A stretch of 63,831 bases of DNA, the filler included, from Welwitschia mirabilis (Eukaryota): NCBI GenBank assembly GCA_051453625.1. It is 4 parts of one record of this genome, joined end to end, with 100 filler letters (N's around TTAATTAATTAA, not from the genome) between each part and the next. Parts side by side here need not be neighbours in the genome. Positions count along the whole stretch, not along the records: positions 59,041 to 63,831 come from JBOZIK010000001.1; 3 more parts are not named here. One strand, written 5' to 3'. Positions 63,726 through 63,831 of this stretch are shown here, one piece after another; position 1 is the stretch's first letter, and each line of letters opens with the position of its first letter. Below the pieces are notes generated by a model. It had not been told where the DNA came from. It saw only the letters and a list, made by a program, of their open reading frames with translations, and made no database searches. The position numbers and the translations under genes are program-made.

Positions 63726-63831
63726 GATTCAAACTCATTCTTTCTTAAACATTGTGAACTTCATTTGACTTTTAAGTCTATAATTAAACTTACTCATAAT
63801 CCTACTATTATAAAATGTATAATACAATTAT

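Overview
This is a gappy, very AT-rich draft plant nuclear window. It is stitched from at least four pieces by artificial 44N-TTAATTAATTAA-44N linkers, and many 100-N gaps are flanked by redundant near-identical sequence. Most of it is a nest of decayed LTR retrotransposons: Athila-like and possibly Tat-like Gypsy elements, several Sirevirus/SIRE-like Copia elements of different ages, and one further Copia pol. The one clearly supported host gene starts in a CpG-retaining island at 22832 (+). Two exons (22832-23128, 24676-24838) splice in frame to give a signal peptide, an AP/SP/TP-rich linker and what looks like a complete cadherin-like beta-sandwich domain of a type best known from bacterial surface proteins. 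Intron 1 holds a tRNA-derived SINE and intron 2 holds a relatively young antisense SIRE element. The rest of the gene is not identifiable in this window. All family assignments come from motif recognition by eye; no searches were run. TE boundaries are approximate unless a terminal motif is quoted.
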